Assembly (NCBI RefSeq): GCF_009914755.1
Contig: NC_060933.1
From: the human T2T-CHM13v2.0 reference genome, Homo sapiens
DNA length: 64,000 nucleotides
Direction: 5' to 3' (one strand)
The position numbers and the translations under genes are program-made. Under the pieces are notes generated by a model. That model was given only the letters and a program-made list of their open reading frames with translations. It did no database searches and was not told the origin of the DNA. Of this stretch, positions 32,036 to 46,314 are shown piece after piece. Position 1 is the first letter of the stretch, and every line of letters starts with the position of its first letter.

Positions 32036-32086
32036 CTTTTTGACATCCCTGACCAAGTGGTACAATGTATTTGAGGGCCCATGTCT
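32036..32086 (-). CDS. TRPM3: TRPM3 coding exon (~exon 14), 51 nt: RHGPSNTLYHLVRDVKK
   Basis: ttttcag|AGA ... AAG|gtaaga, 17 codons, phase 0/0. Confidence 0.96.
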
Positions 32087-32287
32087 CTGAAAACAATAAA
32101 GAAGAATCAAACAGTTTTGCTAGTCAGGGGCTCTGGTTGGCAAGACAAGAAGGATCTAGAAGGAAGGGTGCTGGCTGGTGGAGGGCAGTTCATTAAGATG
32201 GACCTTGTTCTAGTTGCTCAGTGTATCTGCCTTTTCTTTCTTTCTTTTAAATTGTCCCCATTTGCAGATGAAAAGCTTTGTCAGTGA

Positions 32288-32599
<312 letters not shown>

Positions 32600-32861
32600 T
32601 AAACAAACACGTTGGCAGATTTTTGAATTGTATTTCCTCAAGCAAATGTATTTGAGATTCTAGGTTCAAACTTTGTAAGGGAGGTTGTCAACTCTGTTGA
32701 CAGCTAGGCCAAAATATGATGGAAGAAGCCAGTTTTGCAGCCGGGGGCTGGGATGAGGGTGGGAGAACAAAAGGACCCATTGACCGCACTGGAAATACAC
32801 TTGGGCATTCTGCCATCACAACTTGTTTATTACCCATCATGAATGAGAAATTGTCCAAGAA

Positions 32862-33187
32862 AAGGGTTGGCCAACTTTTTCTGTAAAAGGCCTGAGAGTA
32901 AATTAGACTTTGTGGGTCACACGGTCTTTACTGAAACTGTTCAACTCTGCTGTTGTAATGTGCAAGTAGCCATAGATCATATGTAACAAATGAGCTTGGT
33001 TATGATTCAATGAAATTTTAATTATGGGCACAGAAAGTCAAATTTCATATTATTTTAATGTGTCATAGAATATAGCATTTTTCTTTTGATTGTTTCAACC
33101 ATTAAAAATGTAAAAAAAAAAAAAAAATCTTAGCTTGCAGCCCATACAGAAACAGGCAGCAGGCTGGATTTCGATGACAGTTTGCTG
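32862..33187. mobile_element. MER58B-like hAT MITE
   Basis: GGGTTGGCCAACTTTTTCTGTAAAAGGCC...AAACAGGCAGCAGGCTGGATTT. Confidence 0.75.
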
Positions 33188-33310
33188 TAACTTGATTTAA
33201 AGAAAAAGCCACAGACTGTTTGGGAAAAAGAGAGTTTTGTAAAAAAGACGGATGTTTGTTTGAGGTAAATATAAAGTGAAATAAGTTGCCATTCTATTGT
33301 CTTTCAGGAA

Positions 33311-33488
33311 TAGGAATGTCAGATAAAATCCAAGATGCCTAATTAAATTTGAATTTCAGATAAACAATGTACAATTTTAATCTAAGTATGTCCCATGCAA
33401 TCTTTGGGATATAACAAAATTGTCTGTTGTTAATCTGAAATTCACATTTAACTGGGCATCCTGTATTTTATTTGCTAAATCTGGTGAG
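33311..33488. mobile_element. MER53 palindromic MITE
   Basis: CAGATAAAAT...TTAAATTTGAATTTCAGATAAACAA paired with TTGTTAATCTGAAATTCACATTTAACTGGGCATCCTGTATTTTAT as inverted arms. Confidence 0.82.
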
Positions 33489-33513
33489 ATGATTAGATAA
33501 TCTAAAATAGTGA

Positions 33514-33942
<429 letters not shown>

Positions 33943-34680
33943 TAGCCTACAGACTCTGGAGTCAGAGTGCCTGGCTCTACACCTCTGCTGCTTACTGGCT
34001 CTGAACGTGGGCAAGCAACTTAACTGTGACTCAGTTTTATCATCTTTAAAATGGGAATGACAGTATCACTTTATCTGATGGGGTTGTTGTGAGGATTAAA
34101 TGATATAATGTTTATAAAGCTATTAAAAATGGTGCTTAATGCCAATTAGTGTTAGCTATTATTATTACTGAGGCTATTTACTGTTCCATAATCCTCAACA
34201 AAGTATTCCGGGAAGCCACCACCAGCAGACTGAAGTGATCAAACTTACTGGCCTTCCTCAGTCTAGAATTTTCCTACCCACCCCCACTCCCCAGTCTTTG
34301 GAATAAATTACTCCCTTGATTCTCTAATTGATAGACCATTCAATGCTTGTCTTTATTTATTTATTTTTTTTAATTGAAAACCCATTATTCTTCCTGAAAG
34401 TCTCAGTATGCTGAACCAAGAAAAGTCTCTGGAGAAAACAGAGACTAGGAGACATTCTGCTAACCCGTTTCTATTTTTTGCAGATGGTGCCAGCGTGGCA
34501 CCATCTAACAACTACTACTGGCTGGGGACAGGAAATAAGCTCCATCCTGCTTGCCCTCTGCGTGATGGGACAGAGGCATTGTGAAAAATGAGGGGTAGAA
34601 TAATCTTAGAGACAGAAGCTTGGGTTCGGTACTTACTGGCTTTCTTAGGAGTTTTGTGACCTTGAATTCACCTTGGCCTC

Positions 34681-35188
34681 TGCTATGGTTTGAATGTTTG
34701 TGTCCTCTCCAGAATTCATGTTGAAAGTTAATTTCCAATGTACTAGTATTAAGAAGTGGGGCCTTTAACGTGTATACCTGTGTAATGAACCTGCACGTTC
34801 TGCAAATGTATCCCAGAACTTAAAGTATAATAATAATCACAATAATAATAATAGAAAAGAAGTGGGACCTTTGGGAGGTGATTAGGTCCTGAGGGTTCCT
34901 CCTTTGTGAGGGGGATTAAGGCCATTATAAGAGAAGCTTCACACAACATTCAGGCCTTTTGCCCTCTGTCTCTTCTGCCTTGTGAGGACACAGCATTTGT
35001 CCCTTCTGGAGAATGGCAAAACAAGGTGCCATTTTGGAAGCAAAAAGCAACCTTCGCCAGACACTGAACTTGCCAGAGCCTTGATTTTAGACTCTCCAGC
35101 CTCCAGAACCCAGAGAAATAAATTTCTGTTGTTTATAAATTACTGAGTCTAAGGCATCTTATTATCATAGTACAAATGGACTAAGACA
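34681..35188 (+). mobile_element. MST/MLT1A-type MaLR solo LTR (TSD GCCTC) carrying an L1PA 3' tip at 34767-34856
   Basis: TGCTATGGTTTGAATG...GGACTAAGACA; GCCTC at 34676 and 35189; inner TSD AAGAAGTGGG(G/A)CCTTT. Confidence 0.85.
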
Positions 35189-35872
35189 GCCTCAGTTTCC
35201 TCATTTGGTAAATGGGGAAAAATTTCTGCTCTTTAAACTTCACTGGATTTTAGTATGAGCTCAGAGCCAATGCACTTAACTCATGTGAATGCTCTCAATA
35301 ACTTCATAAACAGTAGTTTTACCTGTGATTACTCCTTGGTATCCCTAGTGAGTAAATTAACAAATCATTACTAAGCTAAAAAACAAAACAAAACAAAACC
35401 AAAATTTTTGAGTGACTCAAAAAAGAGATATTTTACCTTTTCTTCCACTTTATAGCTGAACTATGAAGAATGAACTTCATAGCTCTGAGGATAAAAAATG
35501 GCGCAGGTTACTTAATCAGCCTTTTGTGATGCTTAGAGTTAAACCAACCCTCCTTTGCTAATTGCCTCTAACACCCTCTGGGCTTACAGAACAAACTGTG
35601 TTCTCATTTCCAGAGCCTTGTGGCTTTGTATAAGAATATGAGAATGATACACTTAGGTTATTACATAACTTTTTGCCTTACATGCTGACAACTGAGCAAT
35701 TAAAACAAGCGGAATCTTGGTGACTTGGTGTTTGTCATCTATGTAGGTCTAAGGGAGTATTTGTGATGAATGAACCATGCATTTGGACGGGAGAAGGGAA
35801 GAGAATCACAGGCATATGGGGGGCAGGAGAAGGTAAAACAAACAGAAAAAAAAGAAAATAAAAAGTGCCTTA

Positions 35873-36031
<159 letters not shown>

Positions 36032-37196
36032 TCACTGAGTTAGTCTGCCCCAGGGTCTATCTATGGATGCAGTTCTTTAGTGTTCACTTGAACAGCTTAG
36101 AAATGGATGCCTTTGACATCTGGTAAACCTTCAGCACATCTAAGAACATGCTAGCAAGACTGTTCACAGATTCACTTTTGGGACAGCCACACCTCTCCCA
36201 TGTTTGGGTGCCTGTCTTTGCAAATAGAAGTCAAGCATTTCTAGTTCCAAAAACTATTTCTTCCCTGAATCTCTTGTTCTGGATCCCAAGAAGGTGCAAG
36301 GGTTCACAAGGTTTTTCCCCTTGCAATTATCTGATTAAATTTCTCAACACCAGCGAAGTGTCAAAGGGGGCACTTTTGCTGTCTTCATTTTTGTTATCCT
36401 TAGGCTCTGAGGGAGACCCCAGGCCAACTTGAGAAGAGGGACCCAAGTCAACAGACCAAAGGCCCTAAATCAATGCTGGGTCTCTGTAGAAGCAAGACCA
36501 CAAAGATGTCACTTAACTGAAAACAAAACAAAAACATAACAAAACAGAACAACCAGCCTACTTTCTGGATTTGCCAATAGCTTAGATTTTTATTTAATCC
36601 ATTTCACAAAAATGTTGCAGGGTCTAGACTCTGACAAATCTTTCCATGTTAGCAATCCACCAGCACTGAATGAAGACAGGGGCTCCATCCCAGGCAGAAA
36701 CTCTCTAGGGGAAAGGAAGGAGTAAGATAAGGCTTGCCGGTGAGTGCTGTGATTCCAGGCACAGAAACCGAGTTTCAGGCTGCTGGGCTGCCTCCTGTGG
36801 ATGCATACATATCCCACCTGATGGCCAATCTCTCAAATTTTTATTTTTGGTAGAGTCAATTGAGGGAAGCAAACCAAGAACAGTTATATAAAGCATTGGT
36901 TTCCTCATGTTGTTCTTTGCAAATAGGGAGGACCTGTGCTCAGTCACCAGGACCAGATGGCGCCTGCAGAGGGAAGCCTGCTAATTCTGCATCCTGAGGT
37001 GTGACCCTTCCCTTTGCCCCATCAAAGACAATCAGAAGCAAATTAATAATTCTACCCCTTCCTTAATTTTAGTTAATACAGATTTGTCTTATATTTTTTC
37101 AGATGTATTCAAATAAATGGCATCATTTGCAGCTGAAAATTGCTATTAAAGACAACTCATAGAGATGGAAATATTTGGAGTTGTGTTCAGTTGAAA

Positions 37197-37215
37197 TTTC
37201 CACTAGATGGCGGTG
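37197..37215 (+). promoter_or_regulatory. Predicted CTCF site TTTCCACTAGATGGCGGTG
   Basis: Core CCACTAGATGGCG fits the CTCF consensus CCAS(Y)AGRKGGCR. Confidence 0.65.
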
Positions 37216-37384
37216 CTTTCCTAAATATGAGAAAGGGAGCTCAGGATACAGACTTTGCTACCAAGGAACACATTCCATCTTAAAGAAAAAGCAATCGTTT
37301 TCTGAGCTGACCTCAGAGGCTCCTTAAACAAATACCCTTGGCCAACCAAAGTGGGCTTTTCATGGGAGACGATATATACTCTAC

Positions 37385-37485
37385 CGGCCACTGTTGCCCG
37401 TAAATAAAGATCTGGCTGCGAGCGATGTCGACTCTGTTCCAGGCTAAAGCTAAGCTCAGTTGGTCTGGGGCCGAGGCATTGGCTC
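37385..37485 (-). CDS. TRPM3: TRPM3 coding exon (~exon 12), 101 nt: (G)[33 protein letters not shown]
   Basis: Acceptor cacacag|GAGCC, donor CCG|gtag. Translation matches the TRPM N-terminal [11 protein letters not shown] motif and continues in frame into the next exon. Confidence 0.97.
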
Positions 37486-37611
37486 CTGTGTGAGGACAAG
37501 TGGGAGAAAAGAGTGGAAGAGAGAAAACGACGATCAGTTATTACACCAAGAGCGCCTGCTCCATCCCTCTGCCATTAATGCCCCTATTCCCAAAGAGCCT
37601 GCTTGGCTATA

Positions 37612-37978
37612 CAGCAGGTTTCTCAAACTTGGTATTATTAACATTTTGGGTAACTCTTTGTCACAGGGCTCTCCTGTATATTGTAGATTATTATTATTAT
37701 TACATTTTTAAAAACTTTTTAAAAAGAAGGTCTTTGAAACTCCATGCTTTTTTGATATATAATAATTGTACATGTTTATGGTATGCATGTGATATTTTGA
37801 TGCATGCATACAAGTTCATTGTAGATTATTAATAGCACGCCTTGACTGAACCCAGTAGATGTCAATAGCATTTTCCCACCCCCATCCTTCCAGACATGAT
37901 GCTCAAAAATGTCTCCAGACATTGCCAAATGCCCCCATGTGTGAAGGGAGGCAAAACTGGCCTGGTGAGCAGCATTGC
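37612..37978. mobile_element. MER20 interrupted by a small TSD-flanked L1 fragment
   Basis: AAAAATGTCTCCAGACATTGCCAAATG hallmark. Confidence 0.72.
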
Positions 37979-40403
37979 TCTACCGTCTGGCTAGGCAAAG
38001 TGTGGTTCACAGAGCAGCTGCAGCAGTGCCACCCTGGTGCTTCTTTGAAATGCAAGTCTCAGACCCTGTCCCCGACCCACTAAACCAGAATCCGTATTTT
38101 CACAAGATCCCAGATGACTTGTGCACACACTCAAGTTTGAGAAACTCTGCTCTACCACACATTTTGCTTCTGCTGGCCAATCACTGGTTTCAAGGCATCA
38201 CTTGAATAGTATTTTGCATGGGGAGGGGGCTCTCATCAACTAGCGTACCAACTTGCCACTTTTCTGAAAAAGAGTTAGGAAGGTCTTTTAACAGAGAGGC
38301 AAACCAGCGGCTTAGGTTTACTTTGATTTGTGGGTAGAAACCATTGGAACTATTTCCCAGGTTCTTATTTTTCTCCAGATTCTGTCTCTAGAGCTGTGCG
38401 GTTCACAGGTGGCTAAGTTTAAATTAATCAAAATTAAATAAAATTAAAGTTATAATTCCTCAGTCAGGCTAGCCACATTTTAAGAACTTAATAGTTCCAT
38501 GTGGCTAGTGACTACTGAACTGGAAAGCACAGATACAGAACATTTCTATCATCACAGTAAGTGCTATTGGCCCAGAGCTCATCTAGGTGAATGCATCCTG
38601 TCCATAGAGGCAGCCTGCCAAGCAGCTGGAGGGGAAGCTGGAAATGGAGGCAGTGCAGTAACGAAAGCAACATTAGGCTCCAGGCAGGGGGCCCAAGTGA
38701 GAGTCCCTGTGGCTCCTCTCAGCCACTGTTGATTATTTGTGAAATGGAGGCAATAAATATCCAGTTTACATGGCTGGGGTGTGAGACTGAAATGAGATTG
38801 TATAAGTGATTTCTGTTTAAACAGGTTTTTCACAGTTCACCAACACCCTTAGTGCACTGAGGAAGAGACACCCCTAAATAATTGCCAAGCTTCATGCTGC
38901 TGGATATCTCACGATCGGGGAGGAGGATAAAGAGACAACCTTCCTCAGCTCAGAGTTTTTAAACATCAAACATGTGCTGGGCAAAGTATTAGGCACTTCC
39001 ATATGTCATATGTAACATCCCAGTTAATCTGGGGACTGGGTCTTATTGTCTCCTGTCTCATTGAAACATATGAGACTACTGAGATCCAGGGAGGTGGAAC
39101 AGCCAAAGATAAAACAGCTACTAACAGGGTAAATGGAAGAAGTATTCAGCAAACTAGAGGTGAGAGTCAGATCCAGAGAATTCCTCTTCATCATTGCTGC
39201 TTCTGATGTTTAGGAAAGAAATATAGCAAATGTGTATGCTGTTCATTCCTCTGGGTTCGCCAGCAGTCAAGGCCAGAAACAATGAGGAGGTGGGGCAGGG
39301 TTCCTGGTCGTTAACTTACATCAGTGATTCCAAAACTTTGCTGCACATTAGAATCACCTGGGGAGCTTCGCTCAGGGTGCATCCCATACCAATTAAATCA
39401 TGTTGCTTGGGATGGGATCCAGGCGCGGATATTTTTAAAGCTCTCCATGTGCTTCCAATGTGCAGCCAATGTCCAGAGGCTGGGAATTACTGCGCTGTGT
39501 GCCTCCTTTCCTGCTTACCCTCGCCTCTTCCCTCTGGGCTCTGAGATACTGACGTTATAAATTAGGCAAAAAATGTTTGCTAAGTGAACACTTCTCAAAT
39601 TTTAGCATGCATAAGTACAATTCGGAGAACTTTTTAAGACACAGGTTCTTGGGTCCCAGCTGCAGACCTTGTGATTCAGTAGCTCTTGGGTGGAGCCTAA
39701 GGTTCTGTGTTTCTAACCAGCTCCCAGGTGAGGCCGCTGCTGCTGATCTGGGGCCATGATTTGAGTAACAAGGCCCTCAAGAGCTGTGGTGCTCTGTTCC
39801 CTTCATAGGTTGAAGAGCATTTCTGATTCTGGTGTCCACACATTGATGGGCTTATTATCGACCACATACTTGGAGTAAATTTATTAGTGTTTACAATGAT
39901 GAATATCATTTCAGCTCTCACGTGGAATTTTCCATTAAAAATTATCTCCTCAGGTAACAACAGGGACTGCACACTCATACCAGGGTAACTGGCATACACA
40001 AGTGATAAGTAGAAATGCGTCAAAATGTTCTGTCATCAATTTGGAGAGGAAAAGAAGTGAAGGCTCATTGCGATTGCATTTGGAAAGGTAGCACTTTACA
40101 TGTTTCTTTGCTTCTTTAGCTGGTCTACTGGTTGGTGCTGACTTGCTGGAATAGTTTAATCATTCCCTTTGCCATTTGTATGTTGCAAATTAGTATGTCA
40201 CCCAAGTCAATAATAGCAGCACGAGCCTGAACAGGAACACATAGCAGGAAGCAGTTATTGAGGTCAAGGTGAGCTACAGGCCTGAATGTAATTAGGCAAG
40301 TGTCAAATGAAAGCATGAAACCAATGAGTCTTGACTTTCAAAAATTGAAAATACATCACTCAAGAATGGCCGTGGGTGACAGTTTGGATCAGTGGTTCTC
40401 GGC

Positions 40404-40515
40404 TAAGGTGACCAGCCATCCAGGCTTGCCCAGTGTAGTCACAGTGTTAGCATTTAAATTCCTGCACTCTGGGAGATGTGTCAATCCTGAATAAACCTAG
40501 TGGCTGGTCACCCTA
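40404..40515. mobile_element. MER81-like hAT-Blackjack MITE nested in a MER5-like element
   Basis: TIRs TAAGGTGACCA...TGGTCACCCTA; 8-bp TSD TTCTCG(G/A)C. Confidence 0.7.
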
Positions 40516-41262
40516 TTCTCGACTATGGCTGTGCACTTGGAATTGCCTAAAGAGCTTTAAAATATACTCATGCCTGGGGCACAGCCCCACAGATTCTAGT
40601 TTAATTGGTCCTGGGCATTGCGGTTTTTAAAAGTTCCCCAATGATTCTAATGTGAGGATAAAATTAAGAACTTCTAGTGTAGATAGCATATGTTCATTCA
40701 TTCACTCATTCATCTGTTCATTTACTTATGCGTTCAAAGATACTGATTTCATGCCTCCTTATATGGGAGGCAGTATGCCAGCATGAGGACCGAGACATAT
40801 AAAGCAGAATACTTTGTCTTGAGAGCTTACAGTCTAGAGGAGAAGAGAAGTCTGTAATTAAATACATTATTTCATGCAGTAATTCATTTATCTCATCAAC
40901 AGATATTTATTGAATACTCTCTCTGCTGGGAACTGATTTGTCATTGAACGTCCAATGACAAACAAGGTAGCTAAGGTCAACCTCTTCACAGAGCTTACAT
41001 CCTACTGGTGGTGGGGAAGTACTCGGAAGTAAGCAAATAAACTCATGAACAGCATACTTTCAGATTGTAGAAGTGCTGTGAAGGAGCAGTGCCACTCCTA
41101 GGGTATGTGGGACCTATGCTTATACAAACACATCAATGTAGCAGAACCATTCTGGCTACCCGACCTTGCATGTCCCCACAATAGAAGTATTTTGCTAATT
41201 GGCTGGAGCAATCTGCTGGCCAGGCTGCCCTCCTGAAATGAGGGCTGAATATGGAGTCATTG

Positions 41263-43550
41263 GACAACCAACGACAAAAACCACATGATTATCTCAATAG
41301 ATGCAGAAAAGGCCTTCAATAAAATTCAACACCCCTTCATGCTAAAAACTCTCAATAAACTAGGTATTGATGGAATGTATCTCAAAATAATAAAAACCAT
41401 TTATGACAAACCCACAGCCAATATCATACTGAATGGGCAAAAGCTGGAAGTATTCCCTTTGAAAACTGGCACAAGACAAGTATGCCCTCTCTCACCACTC
41501 CTATTCAACATAGTACTGGAAGTTCTGGCCAGGGAAATCAGGCAAGAGAAAGAAATAAGGGGTATTCAAACAGGAAGAGAGGAAGTCAAATTGTTTCTGT
41601 TTGCAGATGACATGATTTTATATTCAGAAAGCCCCATTGTTTCAGCCTCAAATCTCCTTTAGCTGATAAGAAACTTTGGCAAAGTCTCAGGATACAAAAT
41701 CAATGTGCAAAAATCACAAGTATTTCTATACATCAATAATAGACAAACAGAAAGCCAAATCATGAGTGAACTCCCATTCACAATTGCTACAAAGAGAATA
41801 AAATACTTAGGAATACAACTTACAAGGGATGTGAAGGACCTGTTCAAGGAGAACTATAAACCACTGCTCAAGGAAATAAGAGAGGACACAGACAAATGGA
41901 AAAACATTCCTTGCTCCTGGATAGGAAGAATCAATATTGTGAAAATGGCCATACTGCCCAAAGTAATTTACAGATTCAATGCTATTACCATCAAGCTACC
42001 ATTGACTTTCTTCACAGAATTAGAAAAAACTATCTTAAGTTTCTTATGGAACCAAAAAAGAGCCTGCATAACCAAGACAATCCTAAGCAAAAATAACAAA
42101 CCTGGAGGCATCACACTTCCCATCTTCAAGCTATACTACAAGGCTACAGTAACCAAAACAGCATGGCACTGGTACCAAAACAGATATATATATCAATGGA
42201 ACAGAGCAGAGGCCTCAGAAATAGTGCCACACATCTACAACCATCTGATCTTTGACAAACCTGACAAAAACAAGCAATGGGGAAAGGATTCCCTATTTAA
42301 TAAATGGTGTTGGAAAAACTGGCTAGCCATATGCAGAAAAGTGAAACTGGACCCCTTTGTTACACCTTATACAAAAATTAACTCAAGGTGGATTAAAGAC
42401 TTAAACATATAACCTAAAACCATAAAAACCCTAGAAGAAAACCTAGGCAATACCATCCAGGACACAGGCATGGGCAAAGACTTCATGACTAAAACACCAA
42501 AAGCAATGGCAACAAAAGCCAAAATTGATAAATGGGATGTAATTAAACTAAAGAGCTTCTTCACAGCAAAAAAAATAAAAAAAATAAATAAAACTATCAT
42601 CAGAGTGATCAGGCAACCTACAGAATGGGAGAAAATTTTTGCAATCTGTGCATCTGACAAAGGGCTAATATCCAGAATCTATAAGGAACTTAAACAAATT
42701 TACAAGAAAAAAACAACCTGATCAAAAAGTGGGCAAAGGATATGAACAGACACTTCTCAGAAGAAGACATTTATGCAGCCAACAAACATATGAAAAAAGT
42801 TGATCATCACTGGTCATTAGAGAAAGGCAAATCAAAACCACAATGAGATACCAACTCACGCCAGTTAGAATGGCAATCATTAAAAAGTCAGGAAACAACA
42901 GATGCTGGAAAGGATGTGGAGAAATAGGAACGCTTTTTCACTGTTGGGAGTGTAAATTAGTTCAACCATTGTGGAAGACAGTGTGGCGATTCCTCAAGGA
43001 TCTAGAACCAGAAATACCATTTGACCCAGCAATCCCATTACTGGGTATGTACCCAAAGGATTATAAATCATTCTATGAAGACACATGCACACATGTTTAT
43101 TGAAGCACTATTCACAATAGCAAAGACTTGGAACCAACCCCAGTGCCCATCAATGATAGACTGGATAAAGAAAATGTGGCACATATACACTATGGAATAC
43201 TATGCAACCATAGAAAAGGATGAGTTCATGACCTTTGCAGGGACATGGATGAATCTGGAAACCATCATTCTCAGCAAACTAACACAGGAGCAGAAAACCA
43301 AACACTGAATGTTCTCACTCATAGTGGGAGTTGAACAATGAGAACACATGGGCACAGGGAGGAAAACATCACACGCCAGGGCCTGTTAGGGGGTGAGGGG
43401 CTAGGGGAGGGATAGCATTAGGAGAAATATCTAATGTAGACTATGGGTTGATAGGTGCAGCAAACCAGCATGGCACATGTATCCCTATGTAACAAACCTG
43501 CATGTTCTGCACATGTATCCCAGAACTTAAAGTATAATAATAAAGAAAAA
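41263..43550 (+). mobile_element. 5'-truncated L1PA (decayed ORF2 RT/C-terminus, 3' UTR, A tail)
   Basis: ORFs 41285-43308 translate to L1 ORF2 ([18 protein letters not shown]) with stops and frameshifts; ends CCCAGAACTTAAAGTATAATAA. Confidence 0.95.
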
Positions 43551-45014
43551 GCAGTGGAACTAAGAGTTGGTTTTTTGAAAAAATACATAAGATTGATAGA
43601 CCACTAGCTAGACTAATAAAGAAAAAAGAGAGAAGATCCAAATAAACACAATCAGAAATGACAAAGATGACATTACCACTGACCCCATGGAAGTACAAAA
43701 AAAAAAAACAAAACCCTCAGAGTCTATTAGGGACACCTCTATGCACAAGAACTAGAAACCTAGAAAAAATTGATAAATTCCTTGTAACATACAACCTCCC
43801 AAGATTGAACCAGGAAGAAACTGAATACCTGAACAGAGCAATAGCAAGTTCTGAAATTGAATTAGTAACAAAAAATCTACCAACAAGAAAATGCCCTGGA
43901 CCAGCGAGATTCACAGCCAAATTTTATTAGACATATAAATAAGAGGTGGTACCAATCCTACTGAAAATATTCCAAAAATTGAAGAGGAATGATGCTTCCT
44001 TAACTCATTTTATGAGGTCAGCATCATTCATAACCAAACCTGGCAGAGACACAATGAAAAAAAAGAAAACTTCAGGCCAATATCCCTAATGAACACAGAA
44101 GCAAAAATTCTTAACAAAATACTAGCAAGCTGAATCCAGCAGCACATCAAAAAACTTATCCATCATGATCAAGTAGGCTTCTTTCCTGGGATGCAAGGTT
44201 GGTTCACCATACAAAAATAAATAAATGTGATTCACCACATAAACAGAACTAAAAACAAAAAACACATGATAATCTTAATAGACACAGAAAAAGCTTCCAA
44301 CAGAATTCAACATCCCTTTATGTTAAAAACCTTCAACAAACTAGGCATTGAAGGAACATACCTCAAAAGAATAAGAGCCATCTATGATAAACCTACAGCC
44401 ACCATCATACTGAACAGGCGAAAGCTGGAAGCATTCCCCTTGAGAACTGGAACAAGACAAGGATGCCCACTCTCACTACTTCTATTCAACATAGTACTAG
44501 AAGCCCTTGACAGAGCAATCAGCCAAAAAGAAGGAAATAAAAGGCATCCCAATAGGAAGAGAGGAAGTCAAACTATCTTTGTTCACAGACAATATGATTC
44601 TATACATAGAAAATCCCATGGTCTATGCCCAAAGGCTCCAAGAACTGATAAACAACTTCAGTAAAGTTTCAGAATACAAAATAAATGTATAAAAATCAGT
44701 AGTATTCTATACACCAATAATGTCCAAGCTGAGAGACAAATCAAGAATGCAAGATCAGTCACAATAGCTATAAAAAGAATAAAGTATTTAGGAATACCTA
44801 GCAAACAAGGGAGGTGAAAGATCTCTATAGCAAGAATTATAAAACACTGTTGAAAGTAATCAGAGACAACATAAACAAATGGAAAAACATTACATGCTCA
44901 TGGATAGGAATTATTACTATTGTTAAAATGGCCATACTACTCAAAGCAACGTGCAGATTCAGTGCTATCTGTATCAAACTACCAGTGTAATTTTTCATGG
45001 AATTAGAAAAAACT

Positions 45015-45300
45015 GGCCAGGTTTGGTGGCTTATGCCTGTATTACCAGCATTTTGGGAGATGGAGGCAGGAAGATCACTTGAGCCCAGGAGTTTGAGACC
45101 AGCCTGGGCAACATAGGGAGACCTCATCTCTATAAGTAATACAAAATAGTTGACAGGCATGGTGGCATGTACTTGTGGTCCCAGCCACTTGGGAGGCTGA
45201 GATGGGAGGATCACTTGAGCCTGGGAGGTCAAGGCTGCAGTAAGCCATGATCATGGCAGCCTGGGCATCAGAGTGAAATCACATCTCAGAAAAAAAGCAA
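45015..45300 (+). mobile_element. Alu (AluJ-like) within L1
   Basis: GGCCAGGTTTGGTGGCTTATGCCTGT... Confidence 0.88.
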
Positions 45301-45988
45301 AGGAAAACCTATTCTAAATTTAATATGCAACCCAAAAAGAGCCTGAATAGCCAAAACAATCTTAAGCAAAAAGAATAAAGCTGGAGGCATCACACTACCT
45401 GACTTCAAACTATACTACAAGGCTATAATAACAAAACCAGCATCATACTAGTACAAAAAAAAAAAGACACGTAAACCAGTGGAACAGGTTAGAGAACCCA
45501 GAAATAAAGCCACATACCTACAGGAATCAGATCTTTGACAAAGTCAACACTAACAAGCAATAGGGCAAGGACTCTCTATTCAGTAAATGGAGCTGGGATA
45601 ACTGGTTAGCCACATGCAAAAGATTGAAACTGGACCCCTTCGTTTCACTATATACAAAAATCAACTCAAGATGGATTAAAGACTTAAATATAAAACCTAA
45701 AACTATGAAAATCCCAAGAGAAAACCTAGGACGTATAATTCTGGACATAGCACCTGGCACAGATTTCATGACAAAGACTCCAAAAGCAATTGCAACAAAA
45801 CCAAATTAGACAATGAGACCTAATTAACCTAAGGAGCTTCTGCACAACACAATAAACTATCAACAGAGTAAATGGACAACCTAAAGAATATGAGAAAATA
45901 TTTGCAAATTATACATCCAACAAAGGTCTAATATCCAGAATATATAAGGAACTTAAACAAATCAACAAGTAAAAACAACCTCATTTAA

Positions 45989-46314
<326 letters not shown>

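Noticed and set aside
35461-35482. Small hairpin CTATGAAG-N6-CTTCATAG (similar one near 30100)
   Set aside because: 8-bp stems are expected by chance in 64 kb of AT-rich DNA.
41285-45809. Reverse-transcriptase-like ORFs (up to 235 aa)
   Set aside because: Fragments of L1 ORF2 broken by stops and frameshifts, 5'-truncated, with no ORF1 or promoter; not an active element or novel RT system.
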